Positions 27,420 to 36,936 of a stretch of 64,000 bases of DNA are shown piece after piece (the stretch's first letter is position 1; each line of letters starts with the position of its first letter). The translations under genes and the position numbers were made by a program. The stretch is from Chitinophagales bacterium (GTDB lineage Bacteria > Bacteroidota > Bacteroidia > Chitinophagales > JADIYW01). Below the pieces are notes generated by a model. That model was given only the letters and a program-made list of their open reading frames with translations. It made no database searches and had not been told where the DNA came from. The stretch covers positions 5,288 through 69,287 of the forward strand of contig DATJBS010000011.1 of assembly GCA_035515235.1 (NCBI GenBank). Reading direction: 5' to 3'.

Positions 27420-28916
27420 ATGAAAACAGAACCTATTTGGAACATTAATGAATCAACAAACAGTTTTAAATGTTTGAATCGTGAAATATCAGTCGATGTT
27501 GCTATCATTGGCGGGGGAATTACAGGAATAACTACAGCGCAATTATTAAAAAATCAAGGATTCAAAGTTGCTGTTTTGGAAGCTCGACAAATAGGGCATG
27601 GAACTACGGGTCAAAGCACAGGGAATTTATATATGCTGACCGAATACTCCCTTCAACAACTCCATGATAAGTATGATTTAGAAACTATCGGGCAGGTAAC
27701 ACAAGCACGAAAAGAGGCTATGGAACACATTCAAAATAATGTACAGAGTTTTAATATGGAATGTGATTATCAAAAGCAGTCTATGTTTTTATTTGAAAGT
27801 GAAAGCAAAATCGATATCGAAAAGGAGCTCAGCATTGCTTCAGAAATAGGAATTCCTCTAGAGCCTTTGATTGCACAAGATTTTCCATTCAATTATGATA
27901 AAGGGTTCGTTCTTAAAAACCAGGCACAGTTTAATCCATTGACCTATACTCAACAATTAGCTGAAGAAATTAATGATGACAATTGTGAAATCTTCGAAGA
28001 TTCCTGCATTTTTGATATTGAGGAAGATGATGATTTTGTATATCTAAAGACTGAGAATAATAAGGTAAAAGCACGCTTTGTAGTTCACGCCACTCACACA
28101 CCCAAAGGTTTGTTAGTGCAATATCATACCACTTTAGGTCCCTATCGCGAATATGGAATAGGTGTAAAACTGAAAAATAATGCTTACCCAAAAGGAATTT
28201 TTTGGGGACAATTCAATGATAGAAAATATTCTGTCCGAACTTATGGCGATCCAGAAAATCCGTATCTATTATGTATTGGATGCATGCACAAAGTAGGGCA
28301 GGCTGAAGATAACACTAAGAATATAAAGGACCTTGAAGATTTTGCTAAAAGGCACTTTGAGGTGGAATCGATCAACTTTGTTTGGGGTGGTCAAAACTAT
28401 AAATCCGCAGATATGTTGCCTTATATAGGTCTGAAAACCTCCGGCTCAAAAGAATATATAGCCACAGGATTCTCCACTGACGGTTTGGTTTACGGAACAG
28501 TGGCCGCCAAAATTATCAGTGATGCTATAGCTGGATTAGAAAATCCTTTTTCTGAAATTTTTAAAGCAAACAGACATCAACCTTTAAAAGCAGCATTAGA
28601 TTTTACAAAAGAAACAGTGAATGTAGTAGGTAAATTGGTGGGTGATTTCTTTAAAGAAGGAGAAGAGGAAAGCATTGACAGTCTTCTGCCAGATGAAGGA
28701 AAATTACTACAATATAAAGATGAAAAATGTGCGGTTTATAAAAGTTCACAAGGAGAAGTGACGGTTTTATCGCCGATTTGTCCGCATATGGGTTGTACTG
28801 TCGATTGGAACAAAGCAGAAAAGACATGGGACTGTCCTTGTCACGGGAGCAGATTTGATACAGCTGGAAGAGTAATAGAAGGACCCGCTTTCCATGGGCT
28901 GAAACGCATAGAGTAG
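27420..28916 (+). CDS. FAD-dependent oxidoreductase fused to a C-terminal Rieske [2Fe-2S] domain
   Basis: 498 aa. VAIIGGGITGITTA dinucleotide fold. CPHMGCTV...CPCHGSRFD Rieske motif. Confidence 0.8.
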   Translation: MKTEPIWNINESTNSFKCLNREISVDVAIIGGGITGITTAQLLKNQGFKVAVLEARQIGHGTTGQSTGNLYMLTEYSLQQLHDKYDLETIGQVTQARKEAMEHIQNNVQSFNMECDYQKQSMFLFESESKIDIEKELSIASEIGIPLEPLIAQDFPFNYDKGFVLKNQAQFNPLTYTQQLAEEINDDNCEIFEDSCIFDIEEDDDFVYLKTENNKVKARFVVHATHTPKGLLVQYHTTLGPYREYGIGVKLKNNAYPKGIFWGQFNDRKYSVRTYGDPENPYLLCIGCMHKVGQAEDNTKNIKDLEDFAKRHFEVESINFVWGGQNYKSADMLPYIGLKTSGSKEYIATGFSTDGLVYGTVAAKIISDAIAGLENPFSEIFKANRHQPLKAALDFTKETVNVVGKLVGDFFKEGEEESIDSLLPDEGKLLQYKDEKCAVYKSSQGEVTVLSPICPHMGCTVDWNKAEKTWDCPCHGSRFDTAGRVIEGPAFHGLKRIE

Positions 28917-28969
28917 TTTGAAGTCTTTTATTGAAATTTTTACGTTTTAATATCTTTCCAATCGGACAA

Positions 28970-31327
28970 TTAAAAGTCTAGCACAATTCCTATTACTGGA
29001 ATCAGCGTACCCTTGCCATCTGCAATCTCCACTAATTGGCGAGGTTCAATAATACTGCCATCTGTATTTCTATTCAATCCATATTTTTTAGGTTGAGGAC
29101 TATTTTGGAACAATGCATTTTGTGCTTCAAAATATAAGTTCAATGCAATTCTTTTTAAATTCCATTTCTTATCAATTCTGATATCCACTTGAGAAAACAC
29201 GTTTAGTTTTTCTTCGCCTAATCTGTTATACTCTAATACGATTTGTGGATATAAAGTGGTAGAAGCATTGATATCAATTGGTACAAATGGAGTCTTCCCT
29301 GCGAATCGCCATCTTAAACTTGTTTCCCAATTACGTTTGAATTTATAGCCGCCAGTAAATGATAATAGGTGTCTACTGTCCCAAACAGAGGGCAAATATC
29401 TTTCATTATCTTCTCCAGAAAATCTGCTGAAAAAGTAAGTATATGAGAATATTCCGTAGAAGTTTTTTGTCAGTTTCTGTTGAAATAATAATTCTAAACC
29501 GTAAGATTTTCCTTTCCCATCGGTATTGATCGGTTCGTTGCCTAATACTTCAAATCCAGCACCTTTATTCGCTAATGAAACTTGATCTCTTAACGAAACG
29601 GGATAGTTAGAATATTTTTTATAAAATCCTTCTAAAGAAATGCTTGAAGCTTTGCTGATTTCCTTAGAAATTCCTACTACGAAATGGTCAGAACGAGTAT
29701 AGTCATTATTGCGATTCACTAAACTTCCGTTTTGATCTCTGAATCCTAAAATGGTATAAGGAAGTAATTTGTAATAGCGACCAACTGAAGCATTCAATTT
29801 CCAAGAAGGCAAAAATTCATAAGACACCGATGCACGAGGAGAGAAGGTTTTAAAGATATTGTTCTTCGTAAAATTGTCAGCATCTAATCTAAAACCCATC
29901 GAAATATCTACTCTGTCATCAAAAAAAGATTTGGTGATATTTGCAAAAGCTCCATACTTAAAGAAGTTGATTTTAGTATCGTACAATAAGTTGTTGGTAT
30001 TGTCAAAAGTATTGTTGGAGTAATTAGAGTATTGAGTATTTAAACCAGTCATCACTTTATAACCACTGAAAAATTTAGTATATTCTAATCTTAGTTTTGT
30101 TTCAGTTTCAATAGCGTCATTACTGAAATATGGATCTTTTTTATTTTCATTGTCTGCATATCTAGTAAAAGTATTCTTGAGTCTATTATTACTTAAAACC
30201 GTTCTAAAAGAACCTGAAGCATCTTTAAAACGACGAATCCACGAGATGCCGATGGTATTTGTATTCTGTTCAATAAATGGGGTTTGATCAAGAATTAATT
30301 GTTGATTTTCGTCAAAATCTTTAGGCGCTTCTACCGAGAAATCATCTACACTACCGATTCCAATTAAATTGATTTCGTCATACTTTCCAATTTTATGGGT
30401 GATTTTATATTGATAATCCCAATAATCAGGACGGAGTGGTAATCCGATTCCTTTGAACAATAATTTTAAATAACTTCTTCTGCCAGAAATAATATAGCTG
30501 GTATTGCTTTCTTCATTTTTCCCTTTGAATAAAGGACCTTCCAATGTTAAAGCCGCTTCGGTTGCACTCACTCTCACGTTGCCTGTAAATTTATTTCTAT
30601 TGCCCGTTCTTTGATCAAATTGCAAAACTCCAGAAAGTGGATTGTCATATTGAGCTCCGAAAGATGAGCTAGATAAACTCACTTCATTGATAAACGAAAC
30701 GTTCAGCATGCCTACCGGTCCGCCACCGCTTCCTTGAGTACTAAAATGATTGATATTCGGAATTTCTACACCATCTAAATAATACACCGTTTCATTAGGC
30801 GCGCCTCCACGAATAATTAAATCATTTCTAAATCCGCCGACAGTAGGAGAGACTCCGGGTAAAGATTGGGCAACTCTCACCACATCGTTATTTCCACCAG
30901 GATAAGTAGCGATTTCTACAGAAGAGAATTTTTGAAATGAAACAGGGGTTTCTTTTGGTCGAGAAACTTGACTGTTGGTGACGACTACTTCGTCCAACTC
31001 GCTTACCGCAGGATCTAATTTGAAAGATAACGCTTGATTACCAACTGATTTGACGATAATATTAAATTCGGTAATGGATTTATAGCCTAAATAACTGATG
31101 GTCAAATTATATGTACCCGGTTGAATATTTCTGATAATAAATAAGCCATCTAAATCTGTTGTCGCTCCATTTTGCGTTTTATCTAAAATTATATTGGCTC
31201 CAATCAATGGAAATCCTGTCTCATCATAAACATATCCTCTCAGTTCTCCTATTGGGCTTTGACCAAAGCTGTACATCATTTGAAATACAAAAAGAAGAAG
31301 TAAAGAGAATTGCTTTAAATACTGCAT
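28970..31327 (-). CDS. TonB-dependent receptor with CarboxypepD_reg-like N-terminal domain
   Basis: 785 aa with a signal peptide. GYVYDETGFPLIGANI...GTYNLTISYLGYKS, a plug region and a C-terminal aromatic residue. Confidence 0.85.
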   Translation of the reverse strand: MQYLKQFSLLLLFVFQMMYSFGQSPIGELRGYVYDETGFPLIGANIILDKTQNGATTDLDGLFIIRNIQPGTYNLTISYLGYKSITEFNIIVKSVGNQALSFKLDPAVSELDEVVVTNSQVSRPKETPVSFQKFSSVEIATYPGGNNDVVRVAQSLPGVSPTVGGFRNDLIIRGGAPNETVYYLDGVEIPNINHFSTQGSGGGPVGMLNVSFINEVSLSSSSFGAQYDNPLSGVLQFDQRTGNRNKFTGNVRVSATEAALTLEGPLFKGKNEESNTSYIISGRRSYLKLLFKGIGLPLRPDYWDYQYKITHKIGKYDEINLIGIGSVDDFSVEAPKDFDENQQLILDQTPFIEQNTNTIGISWIRRFKDASGSFRTVLSNNRLKNTFTRYADNENKKDPYFSNDAIETETKLRLEYTKFFSGYKVMTGLNTQYSNYSNNTFDNTNNLLYDTKINFFKYGAFANITKSFFDDRVDISMGFRLDADNFTKNNIFKTFSPRASVSYEFLPSWKLNASVGRYYKLLPYTILGFRDQNGSLVNRNNDYTRSDHFVVGISKEISKASSISLEGFYKKYSNYPVSLRDQVSLANKGAGFEVLGNEPINTDGKGKSYGLELLFQQKLTKNFYGIFSYTYFFSRFSGEDNERYLPSVWDSRHLLSFTGGYKFKRNWETSLRWRFAGKTPFVPIDINASTTLYPQIVLEYNRLGEEKLNVFSQVDIRIDKKWNLKRIALNLYFEAQNALFQNSPQPKKYGLNRNTDGSIIEPRQLVEIADGKGTLIPVIGIVLDF

Positions 31328-31562
31328 ATAAATAAGATGAGAGGTAATGTATGAATTCTAATTTTAAAATCTAACATTCAACAAGAGAATGGGACTTTAG
31401 TTCAGAAATTAAGAAAATGCATAATGAGGTGTTCCTGATTTATTAAATGCAACAAATATTTGATATAGCAATAAAACTTATTATCACAATTCTCTATTCC
31501 CTAATCGAATGATTTTTTGCATCTTGCAACATATAGTATTCCTTTGAAACATAAACAGACTC

Positions 31563-32450
31563 ATGCCTTCTAAACACTACGTGGATGAAATTTTTAATGA
31601 CACCATTGTGCGTCATAACATTCAATTTGGTGCTTCTCATCGTCGAAGAAAGGAGAATGAAAGTCCTTTGTTTTTAGATATTTATGAGCCTAAAGGCGAT
31701 ACTACCGAAAAAAGACCTTTGATTGTTTATGCTTTTGGCGGAGCTTTCCTCATTGGTTGGCGCTCGCAACCACCCATTCCATATATTGCAAAACGTTGGG
31801 CGAGAAAAGGATATGTTGTCGCTTCGATTGATCACAGAAAAGGTTTTAATGTGGTGAGTAATAGGAGTGCAGCTCGGGCTGTTTATCGCTCTATTCAAGA
31901 TTTAAATGCTGCGGTTCGTTATTTGGTACAACATGCTGAAGAATACAGAATCGATGTAGATAATATCATTCTCGCAGGTAGTAGTTCTGGAAGTATCAGT
32001 GCGCTCCATGCAGCTTATATGAATCCTTCGGATTTATTGGAGGTGATATTTTTTAAGTATAAAGATTTAGGCAACCTTTACTCCAGTGGAAATGAGTTTT
32101 TAAAAGGCTCTTTTATACCCATCAAAGCGGTTATTAATCTTTGGGGTGCTATGTTTGATTTGGCTTCTTTGGATGGAAAAGACCCGAAGAAAATGCCTGC
32201 TTTAATCTCATTTCATGGGGCAATGGATTATATAGTGCATCACGAATATAATCGTCCGCTGCTCAATCCATTTTTCATGAAGTTTTATGGCAGTTCTAAA
32301 ATTCACGAGAAGTTAAATGAAATTGGCGTCCCGAATAAAATCTATTATCTCAGAGAACAGATTCATGAACCTGCTATTTTTCTAAGACATTCTAGAGATT
32401 TTATTGTAGATAAGTCTGCGGAGTTTGTGGCTAAGACTTTGGGGTTTTAG
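31563..32450 (+). CDS. alpha/beta hydrolase (esterase/lipase)
   Basis: 295 aa. YAFGGAFLIGW oxyanion region and the nucleophile elbow LAGSSSGS. Confidence 0.7.
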   Translation: MPSKHYVDEIFNDTIVRHNIQFGASHRRRKENESPLFLDIYEPKGDTTEKRPLIVYAFGGAFLIGWRSQPPIPYIAKRWARKGYVVASIDHRKGFNVVSNRSAARAVYRSIQDLNAAVRYLVQHAEEYRIDVDNIILAGSSSGSISALHAAYMNPSDLLEVIFFKYKDLGNLYSSGNEFLKGSFIPIKAVINLWGAMFDLASLDGKDPKKMPALISFHGAMDYIVHHEYNRPLLNPFFMKFYGSSKIHEKLNEIGVPNKIYYLREQIHEPAIFLRHSRDFIVDKSAEFVAKTLGF

Positions 32451-32616
32451 ATGAGGAGAGGGAGGGAATTATGTTATTCTGCCGTTTTTTTAACTGTCTT
32501 GACTAAAGGTTGGTAAATGAATTTTAACTAATTTGTTGGTTTCATTGTGTTCAAATTATTCTGTTTTGTCTACTAAATCTGATTTTTGGGATTCATGAGC
32601 AATGTTATCTGACTCT

Positions 32617-33096
32617 TCAAAGTGGATAAGAGGAATAAGTAGCTGCTACTCTTTTGGATACACTCAAATACCAATACCATATTCCAAAGAAAATAAGAGA
32701 TTGCATCGCACCTTTCGCAACTTCTGGTAACATCATATCATTAGCTTCTGCTGGTAGTCCTGCAGTAAAAGGAAGGAATAATGAAATTACAGAATACCCT
32801 AAGAAAATGAACAAATACTTTTTAGTAATTTCTACTGCATTAGGTTTTATCTTCCACAGTGCAATCCCTGCTCTAATACTCAATGCCATCAGTATAATAC
32901 TTAAAATACTATCTATATAAACTAAGTTTCGTATGCCGGGAAATAGGTCAAAAAGCTCTGAAGCTGCTTTAATTGAGGTGACTATATTGAACAGCGTTCT
33001 TAATGGGCTACCAATGATTAGGGCAAAGCATAATAGTAAAAGCCACCCTCCAACTCTTTTGCGTTCTTCCAATTGTTCATTTTTAAAGTCTGTCAT
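32617..33096 (-). CDS. small multi-pass membrane protein (DUF2569-like)
   Basis: 159 aa with four hydrophobic segments. The family call is from memory only. Confidence 0.4.
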   Translation of the reverse strand: MTDFKNEQLEERKRVGGWLLLLCFALIIGSPLRTLFNIVTSIKAASELFDLFPGIRNLVYIDSILSIILMALSIRAGIALWKIKPNAVEITKKYLFIFLGYSVISLFLPFTAGLPAEANDMMLPEVAKGAMQSLIFFGIWYWYLSVSKRVAATYSSYPL

Positions 33097-33282
33097 GATT
33101 TCCTTCTTTCAATTGTGATTATTTTTTTAGTAAAAGATTAGAACCACAATCGCTCGTGCTCTTATGATTTGAAGTATTAATTGTTGATTTGAAAAACAAG
33201 CTTGAGCTTTTCAAAAACTGTCAGAGAAGATTTAGCCCTCCATTTTGCAAAACTCGTATTATGGGTTGGTTTTGATGGATGG

Positions 33283-33693
33283 TTAATTAAATCTGAAAAA
33301 GAAAAATGCAACTGCTGCCCATTCTTTCCTTACACCTCTTGCATACCCAATTGTTGAATAACTGCTATTTTGCACTGTGCCATCATTCTTAATATACCCA
33401 ATTGTTGAATAACTGCTATTTTGAACAGTTCCATCATTTTTAATATAACCAACGGTTGAATAACTACTGTTCTGAATAGTTCCGTCAGATTTTATGTAAC
33501 CAATCGTTGAATAACTGCTATTCTGAATAGTTCCGTCAGACTTTATATATCCAACGGTCGAATAACTGCTATTTTGAATAGTGCCGTCAGACTTTATATA
33601 TCCAGTGGTCCCGTAATTACTAGATTGTATAGTTTGTGCCTTAGCAAAACCAACTGTGAGCAACATAGTTGCTAAAAGGAATAAATTTTTCAT
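33283..33693 (-). CDS. secreted tandem-repeat protein
   Basis: 136 aa. Signal peptide MKNLFLLATMLLTVGFAKAQ. Five full copies plus a partial copy of the 17-aa unit GTIQNSSYSTVGYIKSD. Confidence 0.6.
   Translation of the reverse strand: MKNLFLLATMLLTVGFAKAQTIQSSNYGTTGYIKSDGTIQNSSYSTVGYIKSDGTIQNSSYSTIGYIKSDGTIQNSSYSTVGYIKNDGTVQNSSYSTIGYIKNDGTVQNSSYSTIGYARGVRKEWAAVAFFFFRFN
33330..33624 (-). repeat. 51-bp in-frame tandem repeat (about 5.5 copies) inside CDS 33283..33693
   Basis: The nucleotide units ccaa[tc][tc]gttgaataactgctatt[tc]tgaa... recur with a 51-nt period. Confidence 0.85.
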
Positions 33694-33837
33694 TTTCTTA
33701 TTTTTTAAATGTAGTTCCTACTCTTATGAATTTTCAGAATACTCTCTGTTTTTAAAGTTGTTTTCTTGTCTCAACTTTTTGTCTGTCACTTAAAAAGAGG
33801 CAGCCTGCTTTGAATCGCTATGTAATTCTAATTTGAA

Positions 33838-33971
33838 CATCAACGGTTACGTATATGAAACGTTTGGCATTTCGAAGCCCCAAACTTTCGGTTAATCACA
33901 AAGTCTAATACGAGCCAAAAGCCATGATATTACTACTGTTTCGTCTATTTTTTATATACATTGTTACTATA
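33838..33971 (-). repeat. attC-like imperfect palindrome
   Basis: Minus-strand reading gives TATAGTAAC 6 nt after the stop, then ..GTATATAAAA.. ..CCGAAAGTTTGGGGCTTCGAAATGCCAAACGTTTCATATACGTAACC-GTTGATG. Confidence 0.65.
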
Positions 33972-33977
33972 CGTTTT

Positions 33978-34469
33978 TTATTCTGTTTTATTTAATTCTG
34001 ATGTTTTTACAACAATTGTATTTCCCCAAATGTCTCCCAATCTTTGATTTTTATCTGTGTTTTTTATTGTTATGATTCCGATTAGTCCAAAAAAGAATAT
34101 ATCGATTGGGTCAAGTAAATGTCTTTTTAAAGATTGTCCAAAAGTCAGTTTTTCAACCGTTCCGCTAAAATTTGATTTGTCAGTTGATTTTCGGATTGAC
34201 ACAGGTTTTAGTCCGACTAAAGTATTTCCGAGTGTTGCTCCGAACCATTGCTCAATTCCAACTGTTATTAATGCCCAAAATAGAATTGGCACAATTGCAG
34301 GAAGTCCGTTAACACTATATTCTTCTTCGGGATTAGGTTCTCCAAAAGTGTAAACATAAATAAAGAAAAAAATACCAATAATTAAATAGTCAATAATTCC
34401 TGCTAAAATTCGGTTTCCAATGTTTGGTTCTGTCTTAAATTCAGTAGTTAAGTTTGTTTCGGTCATCAT
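33978..34469 (-). CDS. RDD-family membrane protein
   Basis: 163 aa. NRILAGIIDYLIIGIFFF followed by TM segments and a C-terminal GDIWGNTIVV. Confidence 0.6.
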   Translation of the reverse strand: MMTETNLTTEFKTEPNIGNRILAGIIDYLIIGIFFFIYVYTFGEPNPEEEYSVNGLPAIVPILFWALITVGIEQWFGATLGNTLVGLKPVSIRKSTDKSNFSGTVEKLTFGQSLKRHLLDPIDIFFFGLIGIITIKNTDKNQRLGDIWGNTIVVKTSELNKTE

Positions 34470-34479
34470 TTTTTAAATT

Positions 34480-34617
34480 CATGGTAACGGTTCTCAGCTA
34501 CACGCAGGCAGGGATTTTTAGCACTGAACTTCCTACGAAGAACTGAACTTTAAATTTACCACTTTCCTTTTCTACGAAGCACGAAACCCCTGCTTGCGTA
34601 TAGGTGATGTTACCGGC
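34480..34617 (-). repeat. attC-like imperfect palindrome
   Basis: Arms are ggtaac-ggttctcagc-tacacgcaggcaggg (34483-) and cccctgcttgcgtata-ggtgat-gttacc (-34614). The inner stem pairs 13/15 with an asymmetric bulge beside the boxes. The core gaagcacgaaac is present. Confidence 0.75.
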
Positions 34618-34627
34618 TGGCGTTCTA

Positions 34628-35335
34628 TCATTCCACATATTTCAAAAGTTCTCTTACTAGTCGAAACACAGTTGTTGATGATTCTTCTCTAGCTGGATTT
34701 GTATGGTCAAAATGATTGTAATTTCTCTCTGCTCTATCTATTGCAAGTTCAGCTCTTTTTCTGCTCGTTTTGTCATCTATTCCGTCAAGTAATTCAAAAA
34801 AATCTTCTTCTATTAATTTTGTCCCATTGCCGTCATAGGTTACTTTGAATGGTTTAAGGTGTTCATTGATTTTATCATTGTAATTATCTCTATGCATTCC
34901 ACCGCCTTGATGGTCATTAAAGTGTAGTATTAGCCAATATTCAAACGATTGATTTGAATAAGCTACTCCAAAGTTGTTGGCTAAGGCTATTTGAATTGCA
35001 GAGTTGAAATCATTGTCGTTAAAATCGTCTTTGTCAAACACACACCAAACTTGGTCGTAGTTCCCTTGTTGGGCTAACACGAGGGCTCTATTTACTAACG
35101 AAACTGTATTATATCCTTCACCAACTGATTTGACTTTTGCGGAAGTAATTCTGAATTGATTAAAATAAGAGGGTTCGGTATTTTCTCCTTCACAAACAAT
35201 AAGAATAGAGGGTTTTTCTGTTAACTCTGCAACAGGTCTTTCTAGGCTCGGTTCTTTTCTTCGTTGAGCCCTTAACTGTTCAAGGTGCTTTTGCTTAGCT
35301 GCTTTTTGTTCAGCTTTTTTGTCCTTCATTTTCAT
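34628..35335 (-). CDS. RloB-like (TOPRIM-type) protein
   Basis: 235 aa. SILIVCEGENTEPSYFNQF is the RloB hallmark. It overlaps the upstream ATPase gene. Confidence 0.75.
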   Translation of the reverse strand: MKMKDKKAEQKAAKQKHLEQLRAQRRKEPSLERPVAELTEKPSILIVCEGENTEPSYFNQFRITSAKVKSVGEGYNTVSLVNRALVLAQQGNYDQVWCVFDKDDFNDNDFNSAIQIALANNFGVAYSNQSFEYWLILHFNDHQGGGMHRDNYNDKINEHLKPFKVTYDGNGTKLIEEDFFELLDGIDDKTSRKRAELAIDRAERNYNHFDHTNPAREESSTTVFRLVRELLKYVE

Positions 35336-36644
35336 TTTCTGTCAATAAAAATTGTAGGTTATCAAAAAAGCCAAGAAATGGAACTGCACCATATTTTCCT
35401 CTGATATAGTTTTCTTCAAAAGGCTCTGTTTTTCTTACTTCATCTGATTTAAAGTCAGCTAAGGAATAAAGTTTCGCTTCTCCATATTTATTTTTGTTTG
35501 TGAACCAAATTTGATCTCTTCTGAAAAGTCCTGAACTTAATAAGTTTGTGTCGTGAGTATTGAAAATCAACTGTGCATTCTTCTTATTAAACTCTTTAGA
35601 GTTAAAAAGCGAAACGATTTTACAAACCAAATTTGGATGAATTTTAGAGTCTAACTCATCTACAACTAATGTATATCCATTTTCAATCACATCAAGAATA
35701 GGCCCCGTTAAAGCAAAGAATTTTCTTGTTCCTGATGATTCATCTTCGTCCAAAGAAAAACTAATGTTTCCTACCGCTTTTAAGTCTTCATTATATTTTT
35801 TATGCTTGGTCAATACATCAGAAACATACTCTTGCTTTTCTTCACGAACTTCTTTAATAATTTTATCTTTAAGTTCTTTGGGCATCCCTTTTGGAAGACT
35901 ATTGATGTCAAGTTTTTGTAATTCGATATCTTGAATTCCTAAATCAGCAGCTTTCAATAAAGCTAGAATTTTGATTTTGTGTTCAGGGTCTTCTGTTCTA
36001 CTCATAGTAAAGCCTTGGTAACCTGATTCGTTTAACCCTGATAAAGTTTTTAGTCTTTTAAACCAATCTAAAACAATGATTGCCGTCTTTTCATTGAATT
36101 GAGCGGCTACAGAAATTAATAACGCATTATCTCGAACAAGTCCTTCCTTAACAACCATATTGCCTTTGGTGAAACTTCGTTCGTGAGTATTGAAGGTGCT
36201 ACCTTCTCTGTAAAAGAGTTCAACTTCTTTTGTTTTTGGTTTGTGATAAAGCCACTCAGACACAATTCTCTCAGTTGTTGCTTCAAAGCCATAACGATAA
36301 AGCACATTTTTGTAAATGAAAATGATTTCAAATTCAGATGGTTCGTTTTCTGTCTGTGTGCTTAGTTTAAATGGCTCAACCTCAATAGTCTCACCTTTTT
36401 GGCTTTCCTTAGAACTATTGATTACGAAATATCGCATAAATGCAAATGCATCAAGCAACTTGCTTTTGCCACTCGCATTTGCACCATAGATAACTGCACT
36501 TTTGAGAAGTCTCAGTCCAAAGTTTTCATTGATTACGATATTTTCGTGCTCTCTGGTGTCTTTATCATAGTTAGAAGCAATAAGGCTCAAAGTCGCTTTG
36601 TCCTTAAATGTCCTAAAGTTTTTAATTGAAAATTGCAGAAGCAT
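35310..36644 (-). CDS. AAA/ABC-type ATPase (AAA_21-like; RloA/AbiLi-like)
   Basis: 444 aa. Walker A is IYGANASGKSKLLDAF and Walker B is LVVDELDSKIHP. Confidence 0.75.
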   Translation of the reverse strand: MLLQFSIKNFRTFKDKATLSLIASNYDKDTREHENIVINENFGLRLLKSAVIYGANASGKSKLLDAFAFMRYFVINSSKESQKGETIEVEPFKLSTQTENEPSEFEIIFIYKNVLYRYGFEATTERIVSEWLYHKPKTKEVELFYREGSTFNTHERSFTKGNMVVKEGLVRDNALLISVAAQFNEKTAIIVLDWFKRLKTLSGLNESGYQGFTMSRTEDPEHKIKILALLKAADLGIQDIELQKLDINSLPKGMPKELKDKIIKEVREEKQEYVSDVLTKHKKYNEDLKAVGNISFSLDEDESSGTRKFFALTGPILDVIENGYTLVVDELDSKIHPNLVCKIVSLFNSKEFNKKNAQLIFNTHDTNLLSSGLFRRDQIWFTNKNKYGEAKLYSLADFKSDEVRKTEPFEENYIRGKYGAVPFLGFFDNLQFLLTENENEGQKS

Positions 36645-36767
36645 CTTTCTGTTCGTTTTTGATTAATTCCCTGCAAAGGTAGTCTTTATTTTGCAATTGC
36701 AAGCAAAATAAAAGTTGTTTTTGATTGTTTTCGTTTGAAAATCTTGTTTATACCGCTTTTTTACGTT

Positions 36768-36776
36768 TGCCGGTAA
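36768..36776 (-). repeat. GTT-box junction opening array 2
   Basis: Plus-strand GCCGGTAAC is the exact reverse complement of GTTACCGGC at 34609..34617. A possible ATTCAAC box lies at 36910..36916, but no convincing arms were seen. Confidence 0.5.
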
Positions 36777-36936
36777 CTTATTTATATGTATAATAAAAGT
36801 GTATCAATTCATCCCAAATTAGTTGAATAGGTAAACCTTTTGATTTACTTTATATGTATTTCAAATATAGAATATAATTTTTATAAATCATCGAAGAGAC
36901 TTCTTATTTGTTGAATACTTTTAGTATAGCTTTTGC

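Larger units (their letters stand above)
33183..36776 (-). mobile_element. integron-like gene-cassette array 2 (3 cassettes)
   Basis: Same element family and same register-shifted box complementarity as array 1. Confidence 0.55.

Noticed and set aside
33330-33624. Regular 51-bp repeats that could be mistaken for a CRISPR array
   Set aside because: The repeats are contiguous with no spacers. They are in frame inside a signal-peptide-bearing ORF and encode a 17-aa protein repeat. No cas genes are present.
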